From a virus, in the UHGV virus genome UHGV-0071988: a stretch of 16,916 nucleotides of DNA; one strand, given 5' to 3'. The translations under genes were made by a program, and so were the position numbers. Below, one piece after another: positions 6,817 through 14,196 of the stretch. Below the pieces are notes generated by a model. It saw only the letters and a list, made by a program, of their open reading frames with translations. It made no database searches and was not told where the DNA came from. How positions within the stretch are numbered: the first letter of the stretch is position 1; the number at the start of each line of letters is the position of its first letter.

Positions 6817-7486
6817 TGGTTGCCCCCTGAATACGCTTAAACTCAATTACCCATACCCACGGGTTAGATAGCCAGTTCTCTTGCCCGTAAATACCGCGCC
6901 AGATATCACCAAAACCAACGCGATAAACCGCTTCCGGCGGTGTAATCTTGTACGTCGCCGGAGATGCGCCTTCCGCTTTAGCATCTGCCTCGCTCATGTC
7001 ATGCAGCCGTTCCACACGCACGTCGGTAATTTCTAGCAAAATACGCGAAGCCCAGCGCGGCATGTGAATTGATGGACACCACCCGCCATCAAACTTTTCA
7101 TTCACAGTGTGAGGTTTCCAGTCGGCATCATCGGGTATCGACCACAGGCCGTAATCACCAGGCTTTTGCTCGCAACTGGCCCGATAAATCCTTGCTGCGT
7201 TCTTCTCATCGCCACGACAAAGGTTGTCGTTCCAGTCCACACTGCAACCATCCTCATTGCCTAATATCGTCCACGCTTCACGGACCCATATGCGATCACC
7301 AACGTTACCGAACGGGCATAAACCATGTTCCGGTGCATCCATAACGTGGGTATAGACACCATTGCGTTTCTTTGTCGGTTTACGGATAACCAGGCAGTTA
7401 TCGGCCCTGACATTTTTTACAGGTCGGCGAGTCTGCGTTTTTCTTCCTTCGAGGATGGCCCGGACCATTTCATCGTTAAAAATCAT
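6803..7486 (-). CDS. ASCH (PUA-like) domain protein (227 aa)
   Basis: N-terminus MIFNDEMVRAILEGRKTQTRRP and C-terminal VWVIEFKRI match the ASCH pattern seen in E. coli YqfB (ILAGRKTITIR ... YVIEFK), as recalled from memory. SD GGAGGGAGAG upstream of the chosen ATG. Confidence 0.7.
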   Translation of the reverse strand: MIFNDEMVRAILEGRKTQTRRPVKNVRADNCLVIRKPTKKRNGVYTHVMDAPEHGLCPFGNVGDRIWVREAWTILGNEDGCSVDWNDNLCRGDEKNAARIYRASCEQKPGDYGLWSIPDDADWKPHTVNEKFDGGWCPSIHMPRWASRILLEITDVRVERLHDMSEADAKAEGASPATYKITPPEAVYRVGFGDIWRGIYGQENWLSNPWVWVIEFKRIQGATNERN

Positions 7487-7742
7487 GCCGCGCTCTTTCA
7501 CTCTCCCTCCCACGTTTTCAGACTTTCACCACAAAACGGGCAAAATGAGACTCGAATAGGTGATTTAGAAAACTCACCGGAACGCAACATCACCAAATCA
7601 GGTCCACGGGTTAAACTCTCATTCCAGATTTTGTATAGCAGTAAGCCTTTTCTTACTGAGCATTCAGCATCGTGCTCAAGAGACTTTGCCAATGCAGCAC
7701 ACGGCTCTATTCGATTGCCATTAATTCGACAATTTGATCCAC

Positions 7743-8108
7743 TCACTTCAACTCCTCCCGACGACGTTCCTGAAGCTCTAGCATTGCGGCTCGGAAATCC
7801 TGCCACCATTCCTCATCTGCAACGGGGGTGTTTCGCTCCAGCACCTTGTCCACATCAGCGATCAGGTTTGCCAGACTCTTGTCTGAAATCTTCGTTACCG
7901 GAGTCGTTGGTTGCTCAACCTGCCCGATAGGTTTTATCGTGCTCAAAAGGAGGCGACGGCTGGAAAGTGGCGACCCACAACGGCGCCCATCTTCCTTGCG
8001 ATATGTTTCTTTCGGACCAACACACCAGGTTGTCGGCGTTTCGCGTAACTTCACTTTTTTCTCACCATCAATGGTGATGATTATTCCGGTATGGGTTTTG
8101 ATGCTCAT
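7743..8108 (-). CDS. Hypothetical protein (121 aa)
   Basis: ORF with SD GAGAGGGG 7 nt upstream; ATG overlaps the stop of the PapI-like gene (ATGA). Charged C-terminal tail. No family recognised. Confidence 0.6.
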   Translation of the reverse strand: MSIKTHTGIIITIDGEKKVKLRETPTTWCVGPKETYRKEDGRRCGSPLSSRRLLLSTIKPIGQVEQPTTPVTKISDKSLANLIADVDKVLERNTPVADEEWWQDFRAAMLELQERRREELK

Positions 8109-8386
8109 GCCACAGCCCCTCTCAACGGCTTAACTTTGGCTAATAAGGTGTTAAACAACATGGAGTTAGGATTCATGCCAAATGGCAATTCCGGTTTAGC
8201 GGAGTAGTACAGGCAACCATTTATTTTCCTGGTTGTTATCTGTCCTTCGGCAACCATGCTTCTCAGTCTGCAACGCATAGAGTTCTGCGACACACCAATG
8301 TGCTCCGCGATTACGTCCACTTTTGAACATGGGTGATCGGTCAGGAAATTAATCACATCTTGGGGGTTAATAATTTTGCGTTTCAT
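8105..8386 (-). CDS. PapI/FaeA-like winged-helix DNA-binding protein (93 aa)
   Basis: Start at MKRKIINPQD (SD AAGGA). Segment VINFLTDHPCSKVDVIAEHIGVSQNSMRCRLRSMVAEGQITTR aligns by eye with the PapI core [43 protein letters not shown], recalled from memory. Confidence 0.55.
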   Translation of the reverse strand: MKRKIINPQDVINFLTDHPCSKVDVIAEHIGVSQNSMRCRLRSMVAEGQITTRKINGCLYYSAKPELPFGMNPNSMLFNTLLAKVKPLRGAVA

Positions 8387-8398
8387 TGTCGAGGCGTC

Positions 8399-8435
8399 CT
8401 TATACATTTATATAAATATATAATTCTATATACGG
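8399..8435. repeat. AT-rich palindromic site D (promoter-proximal, upstream of the PapI-like gene)
   Basis: CTTATACATTTATATAAATATATAATTCTATATAC; shares TACATTTATATAA with site C and TATATAATTCTATA with site A. Confidence 0.5.
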
Positions 8436-8463
8436 GGGGAGACATCCCGCCGTAGGCTTACTG

Positions 8464-9531
8464 TCAGGCTTTCAATAGCGATTCTTTCAGATATCGGGCA
8501 TCAGCCAGGGCGTTTGGAGTAATCTTGCGAACCCATGCATTACGGGTTGGACTCCACTTAAAGGCGCGTGATTTAAGCAGCGAACGAATGTTTGCCTCTG
8601 GTTTGCCAGGGAAATAAAACAGGATGCGGTTATCCTCTGGATCTACCTCCATAGAAAAGCCGTCGTATTCTTCGCGCTGTGATCCTGTTACAGACTTGAC
8701 CGATTCAAGCTCTTTAATACGGCTCTGTAGGCGTTTGATTTCGGCGTTATTGTTACTCAGTGAGTATGAAGGAAAGCCAATGTGCCCACAGAAATCTCCG
8801 GCGAGTAACTCTTTGGCTTCGCTTTCAGTAAACTCAAGGTCAATTAATGCGGAAAGCTGCTGTAATTGGTCTTTTTTGTATTTGCGAATAGCCTTATTTG
8901 CGGCCTTCATTTTGATGTGTGACTTCATGCAGCCTTGCAGCTTACGAAGCAACTTAAATAGCGCATCAGGATCATCAGACGAAACTCCATTACGGCCGAC
9001 ACCTGCGGCTTTGCTTTCGTAGTACGATGCTCTGCTTTCACACTCAACAAACGATTTTCTGAATAACGCATCAGCTTTAGACAAACGGCGGCGATGGCCT
9101 TTCGCGCTATAATGGTCAACTAAAATCGGCTGGCCTAACGGGATCACATCCAACAGTTCATGCGCTCGCTTATGCGCCACCGCACCTTCTTTTCTGGCTT
9201 TTTCTGCACGAGCAATATATCGGGCAAGACGCGCGTTCTGGCGTTCCTGATAGGTATTTACGTAATCATCTCCGCGCTGCTGCTGTTCAAGCCATGCTTT
9301 GCGCAGCTTTTCTGTTACGTCTACCAACTCCGCAGGGATACAACCTGTTTGGGATTCATAAGAGTGACCATCCTCATAAAGACGTCCATCGTCTTCAACA
9401 ACGAAAAAGGTTTCGTGCTCATCGCTTTTGACCATACGGCCATTAACATGACGTAATCTATAGCCAGTATCAGTGCTCAACAGGCTGTTAGGGTTGTTGA
9501 TCCAGTCAGAAATAATTACTTGTTTATTCAT
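8464..9531 (-). CDS. Conserved hypothetical protein (355 aa); possibly DUF3560-like
   Basis: Long ORF with SD GGAGA; first gene behind duplicated promoter copy B. C-terminal LFYFPGKPEANIRSLLKSRAFKWSPTRNAWVRK looks like a conserved motif; family assignment is from memory and uncertain. Confidence 0.75.
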   Translation of the reverse strand: MNKQVIISDWINNPNSLLSTDTGYRLRHVNGRMVKSDEHETFFVVEDDGRLYEDGHSYESQTGCIPAELVDVTEKLRKAWLEQQQRGDDYVNTYQERQNARLARYIARAEKARKEGAVAHKRAHELLDVIPLGQPILVDHYSAKGHRRRLSKADALFRKSFVECESRASYYESKAAGVGRNGVSSDDPDALFKLLRKLQGCMKSHIKMKAANKAIRKYKKDQLQQLSALIDLEFTESEAKELLAGDFCGHIGFPSYSLSNNNAEIKRLQSRIKELESVKSVTGSQREEYDGFSMEVDPEDNRILFYFPGKPEANIRSLLKSRAFKWSPTRNAWVRKITPNALADARYLKESLLKA

Positions 9532-9537
9532 CAGATT

Positions 9538-9647
9538 TCTCCGGTTTAACCAGGGCGGGTATCGCTCGGTTTCGGGTATAACCTTAGGAAAATTTTTCCC
9601 ACCTGTAAAGCACTTTTTATATAAATCTATAATTATATATTTATAGA
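9538..9647 (-). promoter_or_regulatory. Duplicated promoter/leader element, copy B (TTTACA-N17-TAAGGT), immediately downstream of the Q-like gene
   Basis: Near-identical to 2816-2925. Minus-strand -35 = 9604-9609, -10 = 9581-9586. Contains the near-perfect inverted repeat AAATCTATAA-ttatatat-TTATAGATTT (9623-9650). Confidence 0.55.
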
Positions 9648-9700
9648 TTTCCGATATTCCCGGTGCCTACAAATCACCAAAACAGCTCAAAATGACACTT

Positions 9701-10078
9701 TCACTCTCTTCTCTTTTTCAAGTAGTCGACAACATACGCCCTGGCTTTTGCCAGCTTCCGGCGATACTGTCTGAGACTAAGAGAAAGGGCGTGGGCTTTA
9801 TCAATATGCGGTGCATTTATGTCGAGGCCCCGAATCTCCCACGCCCCGTATTCAATTCGGACAACCAGCGCCGCAGTCTCATCAACTACCGTGAGGGCCG
9901 TCACCGCTCCCTCGATACTGGTTTCCAGTGAGTCATTTGGTGCGCCGCCCCCTCCGGTAAACTGGCAGCGCGTAACCATCATCATTTCTAACATCGACGC
10001 GAAACCGCTACGGGCGTTGCAGCCATTGCGCACCCACAGCGCCCATAGCTCAAACAAGCTATCCAGATCGCGTCTCAC
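9701..10078 (-). CDS. Antitermination protein Q-like (QuuD-type, 125 aa), GTG start
   Basis: N-terminus MRRDLDSLFELWALWVRNG resembles the MRDIQMVLERWGAWAANN start of the DLP12 QuuD protein, recalled from memory. Position after nin-type genes fits lambdoid order. GTG start with SD GGGAGA 8 nt upstream. Confidence 0.55.
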   Translation of the reverse strand: MRRDLDSLFELWALWVRNGCNARSGFASMLEMMMVTRCQFTGGGGAPNDSLETSIEGAVTALTVVDETAALVVRIEYGAWEIRGLDINAPHIDKAHALSLSLRQYRRKLAKARAYVVDYLKKRRE

Positions 10079-10081
10079 TGT

Positions 10082-10414
10082 TCAGATCTCCCGTATCGTG
10101 ACGGGATAAAGCGCCTCTACCTGCTTTTTCTTCATGATGTAGACGTCTGTTCGCACACCTTTAGTGTCGACACAATCAATCGTCCCATCGTCATAAAACA
10201 CCATGAAATCAAGTTTATAAACGACACCACCAGGCAGATGAAAAGGCACCTGCATAAGAAACGTCACAACGCGGCCAGCTTTTCTCAGTAGCTTCAGTTC
10301 GCAGTAGTAATCAGCCTCTTTTTTGCTATCAAAAGCGATGTCATCGACAACAGTTTTTTTATTGCCGTATTTGCTTTTCCTGGTCGCTGGTTTGCGAAAG
10401 CCGGTATATCTCAT
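10082..10414 (-). CDS. DUF1064-like phage protein (110 aa)
   Basis: Pattern KYGNKKTVVDDIAFDSKKEADYY ... KLDFMVFYDDGTIDCVDTKGVRTDVY matches my recollection of DUF1064. SD AGGGGA; ATG overlaps the upstream stop. Confidence 0.65.
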   Translation of the reverse strand: MRYTGFRKPATRKSKYGNKKTVVDDIAFDSKKEADYYCELKLLRKAGRVVTFLMQVPFHLPGGVVYKLDFMVFYDDGTIDCVDTKGVRTDVYIMKKKQVEALYPVTIREI

Positions 10415-10815
10415 TTGGTATCCCCTGGTACTTCACCAAGACTAAGATCAAACCCAATTTCGTCTTTAACTGACTGCGGCAACAGCTCCCACGTCTGCGC
10501 ACACAAAAATTCATCTGTGCCATAACGCTCAACAAAGCGAGCACAATTACTCAGGGGAGGGTGACGAACGGCAATATGCGGAGGCACACGCCCACCACCA
10601 GGCACAACACCGCGATGATGTGGTGCGCACAACCCAAAGCTATGGAAGTGGCAATTCTCATCAACGCTGCCGTAATCAGGATCGTGATGTAGCTCCGTCC
10701 ACAGCTCTGGATTCTCAATTTCACGGCCATCAATAATGCAAGCTATGCAACCCACGTGAGTGAGCACCGCTTGTATATAAAGTTTCTCTTTCTTCGTTGG
10801 TGTACGTCCGTTCAT
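10411..10815 (-). CDS. Cys/His-rich putative zinc-binding nuclease-like protein (DUF1364/YbcO-like, 134 aa)
   Basis: CxxC, ENPE, HH and CxHxxxxCxxHH motifs (VGCIACII ... IENPELWTELHH ... CHFHSFGLCAPHH). Loose resemblance to DLP12 YbcO. nin-region position. Confidence 0.6.
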   Translation of the reverse strand: MNGRTPTKKEKLYIQAVLTHVGCIACIIDGREIENPELWTELHHDPDYGSVDENCHFHSFGLCAPHHRGVVPGGGRVPPHIAVRHPPLSNCARFVERYGTDEFLCAQTWELLPQSVKDEIGFDLSLGEVPGDTK

Positions 10816-11048
10816 CAGCGCCCCTTACCATTGATAAAGAGGTTGAACTCGTTGATTAACTGGACATACATGCTTCTGGCCGCGTAGTTCTTTGCCAGTT
10901 CTTTACGGGATGAGATCCCGCAAAACTCACGCAGAATCACAGAGGCCTCAGAACTGTTTGAAACGTTCTTCCCTGTTTTACTGGTCAGAAAGCGCCAGAA
11001 TTGGGGATTCTGGCAATGCATCGCAGCACCGCGAACATAACTACTCAT
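10815..11048 (-). CDS. Hypothetical protein (77 aa)
   Basis: ORF with SD GGGGG 6 nt upstream; ATGA overlap with the upstream gene and TGATG overlap with the downstream gene. Confidence 0.55.
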   Translation of the reverse strand: MSSYVRGAAMHCQNPQFWRFLTSKTGKNVSNSSEASVILREFCGISSRKELAKNYAARSMYVQLINEFNLFINGKGR

Positions 11049-11560
11049 TGATGGCCCCCGTCATTTCTGGTGCTTTTCACCGTGCGGATTCTTAAAAACC
11101 TGCCATCACGAGCAACAGACACATCTCGTTTACTCAACCTCATTTCACGGCGGTAACATTCAGAAAATGCCTCGTCCGGCATCATATAAATGCGACGCTT
11201 CGCCTCCGTATCCAAAAGGGAACGGCTTGGGGTTACATATAAAAACGACTCATCAATAGGGACAAAACCACGAGCAAGAATTGCTGGCAGAATGCCAGGA
11301 AGAACGCAGAAAACAGCTCCACGATGCAGCAACATATGGTACTCCATGACCTCCGTTATCCCCGTGACTACTGTTACGGTGTCACGTCTGTTACGGCTGG
11401 CAACCAGTCGCTGCACACGTCCAATTTTCTGATCTACAGATAGATGTTTGCTATCGTTATCAATATGATCGATAACAAATCCTTTAATCGTTTGATCAAG
11501 GTAGTGCACCACCTGCGATTGAATCTGGTGATTATCACCAAAGAAGGCCAGAATCATCAT
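11045..11560 (-). CDS. Hypothetical protein (171 aa), early operon
   Basis: ORF with SD GGGAGG 8 nt upstream; ATGA overlap with the Cro-like gene. No family recognised. Confidence 0.6.
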   Translation of the reverse strand: MMILAFFGDNHQIQSQVVHYLDQTIKGFVIDHIDNDSKHLSVDQKIGRVQRLVASRNRRDTVTVVTGITEVMEYHMLLHRGAVFCVLPGILPAILARGFVPIDESFLYVTPSRSLLDTEAKRRIYMMPDEAFSECYRREMRLSKRDVSVARDGRFLRIRTVKSTRNDGGHQ

Positions 11561-12051
11561 TCCTCAAGCCTCCCAAGTGCTGAACGCCGGGCGTTGCTAA
11601 TCTCCTTATGAATCAGCTCGATATCGCTGGAATCTTTATTCTTAAGCTCCAGCACGGTAATCGCATCACGAACCTCTGAAACGGTTACGTGTGAGTGTTT
11701 CCAGCGAGCAATGAATCGCGGACCGCGTAGATTGCAACGCTCCGCAGGCATCCCCAGCTCAGAGAAAACCGCTTTCAGCCTTGATAAGCAGTTAACAGGG
11801 AGATTCCCTTTGATCTTGTTCTGCCGAACCGATGTGCCATCGCTACGCTGGCGCTGACGTTCGGCAAAATCTGCCGCCCATTGCTGGACGTTAATCCGGC
11901 CTTCCGAATACGCCACCAGCAGCGTCAGGTTATCCGCACGAGGGAATCTCTCGAAGCGATACCAGGCACCAATCAGTGATGACGTAAAGCCAAACTTTCT
12001 GGCAACACCAATTTGGCCTCCATTTTCGTCAACCCACTCCTGAAAGGTCAT
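11557..12051 (-). CDS. Cro/CII-like HTH DNA-binding regulator (164 aa), divergent from the CI-like repressor
   Basis: N-terminal GGQIGVARKFGFTSSLIGAWYRF resembles a Cro-type helix-turn-helix. First gene of the leftward operon from the operator region. SD CTGGAG 8 nt upstream. Confidence 0.6.
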   Translation of the reverse strand: MTFQEWVDENGGQIGVARKFGFTSSLIGAWYRFERFPRADNLTLLVAYSEGRINVQQWAADFAERQRQRSDGTSVRQNKIKGNLPVNCLSRLKAVFSELGMPAERCNLRGPRFIARWKHSHVTVSEVRDAITVLELKNKDSSDIELIHKEISNARRSALGRLEE

Positions 12052-12070
12052 TTAACGAACTCCAGTTAAA

Positions 12071-12114
12071 ACCACGATATGTGGTATTAAAACCACACAT
12101 CGTGAGTTTTTCAA
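12071..12114 (-). promoter_or_regulatory. PR-like promoter (-35 TTGAAA, 17-bp spacer, -10 TTTAAT) with operators O1 and O2
   Basis: Minus-strand -35 at 12109-12114 and -10 at 12086-12091. O2 (ACCACacatcGTGAG, 12092-12106) fills the spacer; O1 (ACCACgatatGTGGT, 12071-12085) covers the start region. Centres 21 bp apart. Confidence 0.5.
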
Positions 12115-12173
12115 TGGGCGAAACAAAAAATAACCTTCTATTTGTGGTCCACCTCTCGTCTTACCATGTGAAA

Positions 12174-12199
12174 ACCACTAAATGTGGTAATGTATAAAT
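12174..12199 (+). promoter_or_regulatory. Operator O3 (ACCACtaaatGTGGT) with putative extended -10 (TGtATAAAT) for the cI-like gene
   Basis: O3 at 12174-12188, followed by TG plus ATAAAT at 12191-12199, about 27 bp upstream of the CI start codon. Confidence 0.4.
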
Positions 12200-12225
12200 A
12201 ACCCACCATTCACGATTGATGAGAC

Positions 12226-12882
12226 ATGAAAAGCAACGACGAGAACATCAAGAAAGAAATAGGTCTGCGCATTCAGACTCTACGGAAACAATCCGGCATG
12301 ACTGCCGGAGATCTCCAGCAAGTCACTGGAATAGGCTTAAGCACCTTGCAGAACTATGAGGCCGGATTAAGACAACCATCTATACCTGCCATCAAGAAAA
12401 TCGCGCACGCCCTGAAAGCATCAGCGCCTTATATCGCGTGCTTAACAGATAACCCGTTCCCATCCCAGAATACTAACGCTCCTGTTATTCCTGGGCTTGT
12501 AGCTATAAAAAATGACATAGCATCGCACGCCGGAGAAAAGCCAGTGCTGGCGATAGAACAGGAGATTCTACGAAGCAAGAACATCAACCCATCGTCTCTG
12601 TTAGTTCTCCAGAGCAACGATGAGTTAATGTCACCAACAATATACCCTGGCTCCCAAGTCCTGATTAATACAGACGATACAGAGATTCATGAGGGGATCT
12701 ATGCCCTTGAAGACAGAAATGGCCTGGTTGTTTTGAGGCACTGTAGAGTCATACCGGGTGACAATGCTGTTATGCTGTCAACCGAAAGGGATGCTGAAAT
12801 GAACACTAAGCATCTGAATAACGAGGAATTTAAGCGTTATAAAGTTCTTGGCCGCGTAGTTAGTGTTGTCAACTGGTTATGA
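12226..12882 (+). CDS. CI-like phage repressor (N-terminal HTH_XRE, C-terminal S24 LexA-like peptidase domain)
   Basis: 218 aa. N-terminal IGLRIQTLRKQSGMTAGDLQQVTGIGLSTLQNYEAG is an XRE-type HTH. C-terminal half has LMSPTIYPGSQVLIN (candidate Ser nucleophile) and a later conserved Lys region, typical of autocleaving repressors. Divergent from the Cro-like gene across the operators. Confidence 0.85.
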   Translation: MKSNDENIKKEIGLRIQTLRKQSGMTAGDLQQVTGIGLSTLQNYEAGLRQPSIPAIKKIAHALKASAPYIACLTDNPFPSQNTNAPVIPGLVAIKNDIASHAGEKPVLAIEQEILRSKNINPSSLLVLQSNDELMSPTIYPGSQVLINTDDTEIHEGIYALEDRNGLVVLRHCRVIPGDNAVMLSTERDAEMNTKHLNNEEFKRYKVLGRVVSVVNWL

Positions 12883-12924
12883 TACACAGCACGGCGAAAG
12901 CCGTGCATTTCTACGCTCAAAAAA

Positions 12925-12939
12925 ACCACATTTTGTGGT
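12925..12939. promoter_or_regulatory. Operator O4: ACCACatttt-GTGGT within the perfect palindrome AAAACCACAtttTGTGGTTTT
   Basis: Same 15-bp half-site arrangement as O1-O3; lies between the cI stop and the 12975 gene, overlapping a TTGACA hexamer. Confidence 0.5.
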
Positions 12940-12974
12940 TTTGACAACATGTAAAAGTATAAAAGAGGCTACGC

Positions 12975-13349
12975 ATGGAATTACATACAGCCAATAAAAA
13001 CGAAACTCTGATCACTGCTGGAATCGAAATCCAAGCGTTGAACATAGCGATTGAGTGTATGTTATGCCAAATCATTGATAATGAGAAAGATATCGACTGG
13101 ATAGAATCTATCCTTCATCTGGCATCAGAACAAAAAATCTGCCTCAAAACGGCCTTACAATACGATGTGCCAGCGGTATCGAAGCTGTGCCAGCCATTGA
13201 TGGCATATAACAGAGCTATTATTTCTGTATGCCTCATGATTCTCGATGAAAACACCCCTCTTAGCGACCGCTCAGAAGCTGCTCTAACCCTCTCACGTAA
13301 ACAGCGACAGCTAGCAAATCAACTGATATCAACGATAGCTGACCTCTGA
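12975..13349 (+). CDS. Hypothetical protein (124 aa), downstream of cI
   Basis: ORF with SD AAGAGG 7 nt upstream; AT-rich; predicted helical, no TM segment. Followed by hairpin 13364-13383. Confidence 0.6.
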   Translation: MELHTANKNETLITAGIEIQALNIAIECMLCQIIDNEKDIDWIESILHLASEQKICLKTALQYDVPAVSKLCQPLMAYNRAIISVCLMILDENTPLSDRSEAALTLSRKQRQLANQLISTIADL

Positions 13350-13363
13350 CTGCAAGCGGGCTA

Positions 13364-13383
13364 ACGCCCGCTTACATGATTAT
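13364..13383 (+). terminator. GC-rich hairpin AAGCGGGC-taac-GCCCGCTT (possible terminator of the cI operon)
   Basis: Perfect 8-bp stem 15 nt after the stop of the 124-aa gene; the downstream U-run is poor. Confidence 0.4.
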
Positions 13384-13385
13384 AG

Positions 13386-13475
13386 ATTTATATAATTATA
13401 TAAAACGCTTTTCATCCGTAAAAAAGTTGGTTATGCTTACCTCGTTCTATAAATATAGATTTATAGAATTATATA
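13386..13475. promoter_or_regulatory. parA upstream region with two AT-rich palindromic sites (E: 13386-13414; F: 13445-13468)
   Basis: Site E is gaTTATAGATTTATATAATTATATAAAA. Site F is a perfect 10-bp inverted repeat TTCTATAAAT-atag-ATTTATAGAA. Both lie within 110 bp upstream of the ParA start. Confidence 0.55.
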
Positions 13476-13499
13476 ATCAAACACATGGAGTCTCGACAA

Positions 13500-14153
13500 A
13501 TGACTATCTCTGTAGGTATTTTCAACGGAAAAGGCGGCGTAACCAAATCAACAATTGCCCGTGCTTTAGCAGTTGCTTATGCAAAGGCTGGCTGGAATGT
13601 ATGCCTGATCGATATGGATGTGCTTAACGGAACGGTAACGCGTTGGGTACAACGCAGAATGGCCAACAATATCGAACCAGCAATCGCGGCGCAGCCGTGC
13701 GGCACACCATCACAAGTCCAGAAAATCATCGAATCAGAAGTATACGACCTGGTTATCGTCGATGGCGGTGCCTACGCATCTGAATCAGTACCGAAGCTCT
13801 CTGAATTTCTGGATATGGTTATTTTGCCAACCAGATTCTCTACCGATGACCTGGAAACCACCGTTAACACAGCTCACGGCATCGTTAAAAAGGGTGTACC
13901 AATCAAGAAAATTTGCATGGTGTTTTCCGGCGCGGCTGAAAACGAAGCTGACTATATTGAAGCCCAAGAGTACCTGGCTAATACGCCATACTTTGTTGTC
14001 GATAAGTACATTCCCCACAAGCCAGCTCTGAGCAAAGCTCAGGATAAGGGCTTAAGCCTCATTGAGTGCTCATACGTTGCGCCACGCAAAAAGGCAGACG
14101 ACGTTATTCAGGGGATTATCAACCAGATTGAGGCTCTGACTACTGCCGCGTAA
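13500..14153 (+). CDS. ParA-family partition ATPase, small type Ib (ParF-like)
   Basis: 217 aa from the second ATG (SD GGAG 9 nt upstream). Deviant Walker A GKGGVTKST near the N-terminus; LIDMD and VIVDGG motifs. Followed by a small RHH-like gene. Confidence 0.85.
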   Translation: MTISVGIFNGKGGVTKSTIARALAVAYAKAGWNVCLIDMDVLNGTVTRWVQRRMANNIEPAIAAQPCGTPSQVQKIIESEVYDLVIVDGGAYASESVPKLSEFLDMVILPTRFSTDDLETTVNTAHGIVKKGVPIKKICMVFSGAAENEADYIEAQEYLANTPYFVVDKYIPHKPALSKAQDKGLSLIECSYVAPRKKADDVIQGIINQIEALTTAA

Positions 14154-14186
14154 TATATAATTATAGTTTTATAGATTTATATAAGA
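14151..14186. repeat. AT-rich site G between parA and the RHH gene
   Basis: TAATATATAATTATAGTTTTATAGATTTATATAAGA; contains the core TATAGATTTATATAA (14170-14184) shared with sites A, B and E. Confidence 0.5.
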
Positions 14187-14196
14187 GGTGATACAC

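Noticed and set aside
7325-7930. Plus-strand 201-aa ORF
   Set aside because: Antisense to the ASCH gene and neighbouring minus-strand genes; no SD, and the local gene organisation is consistently minus-strand.
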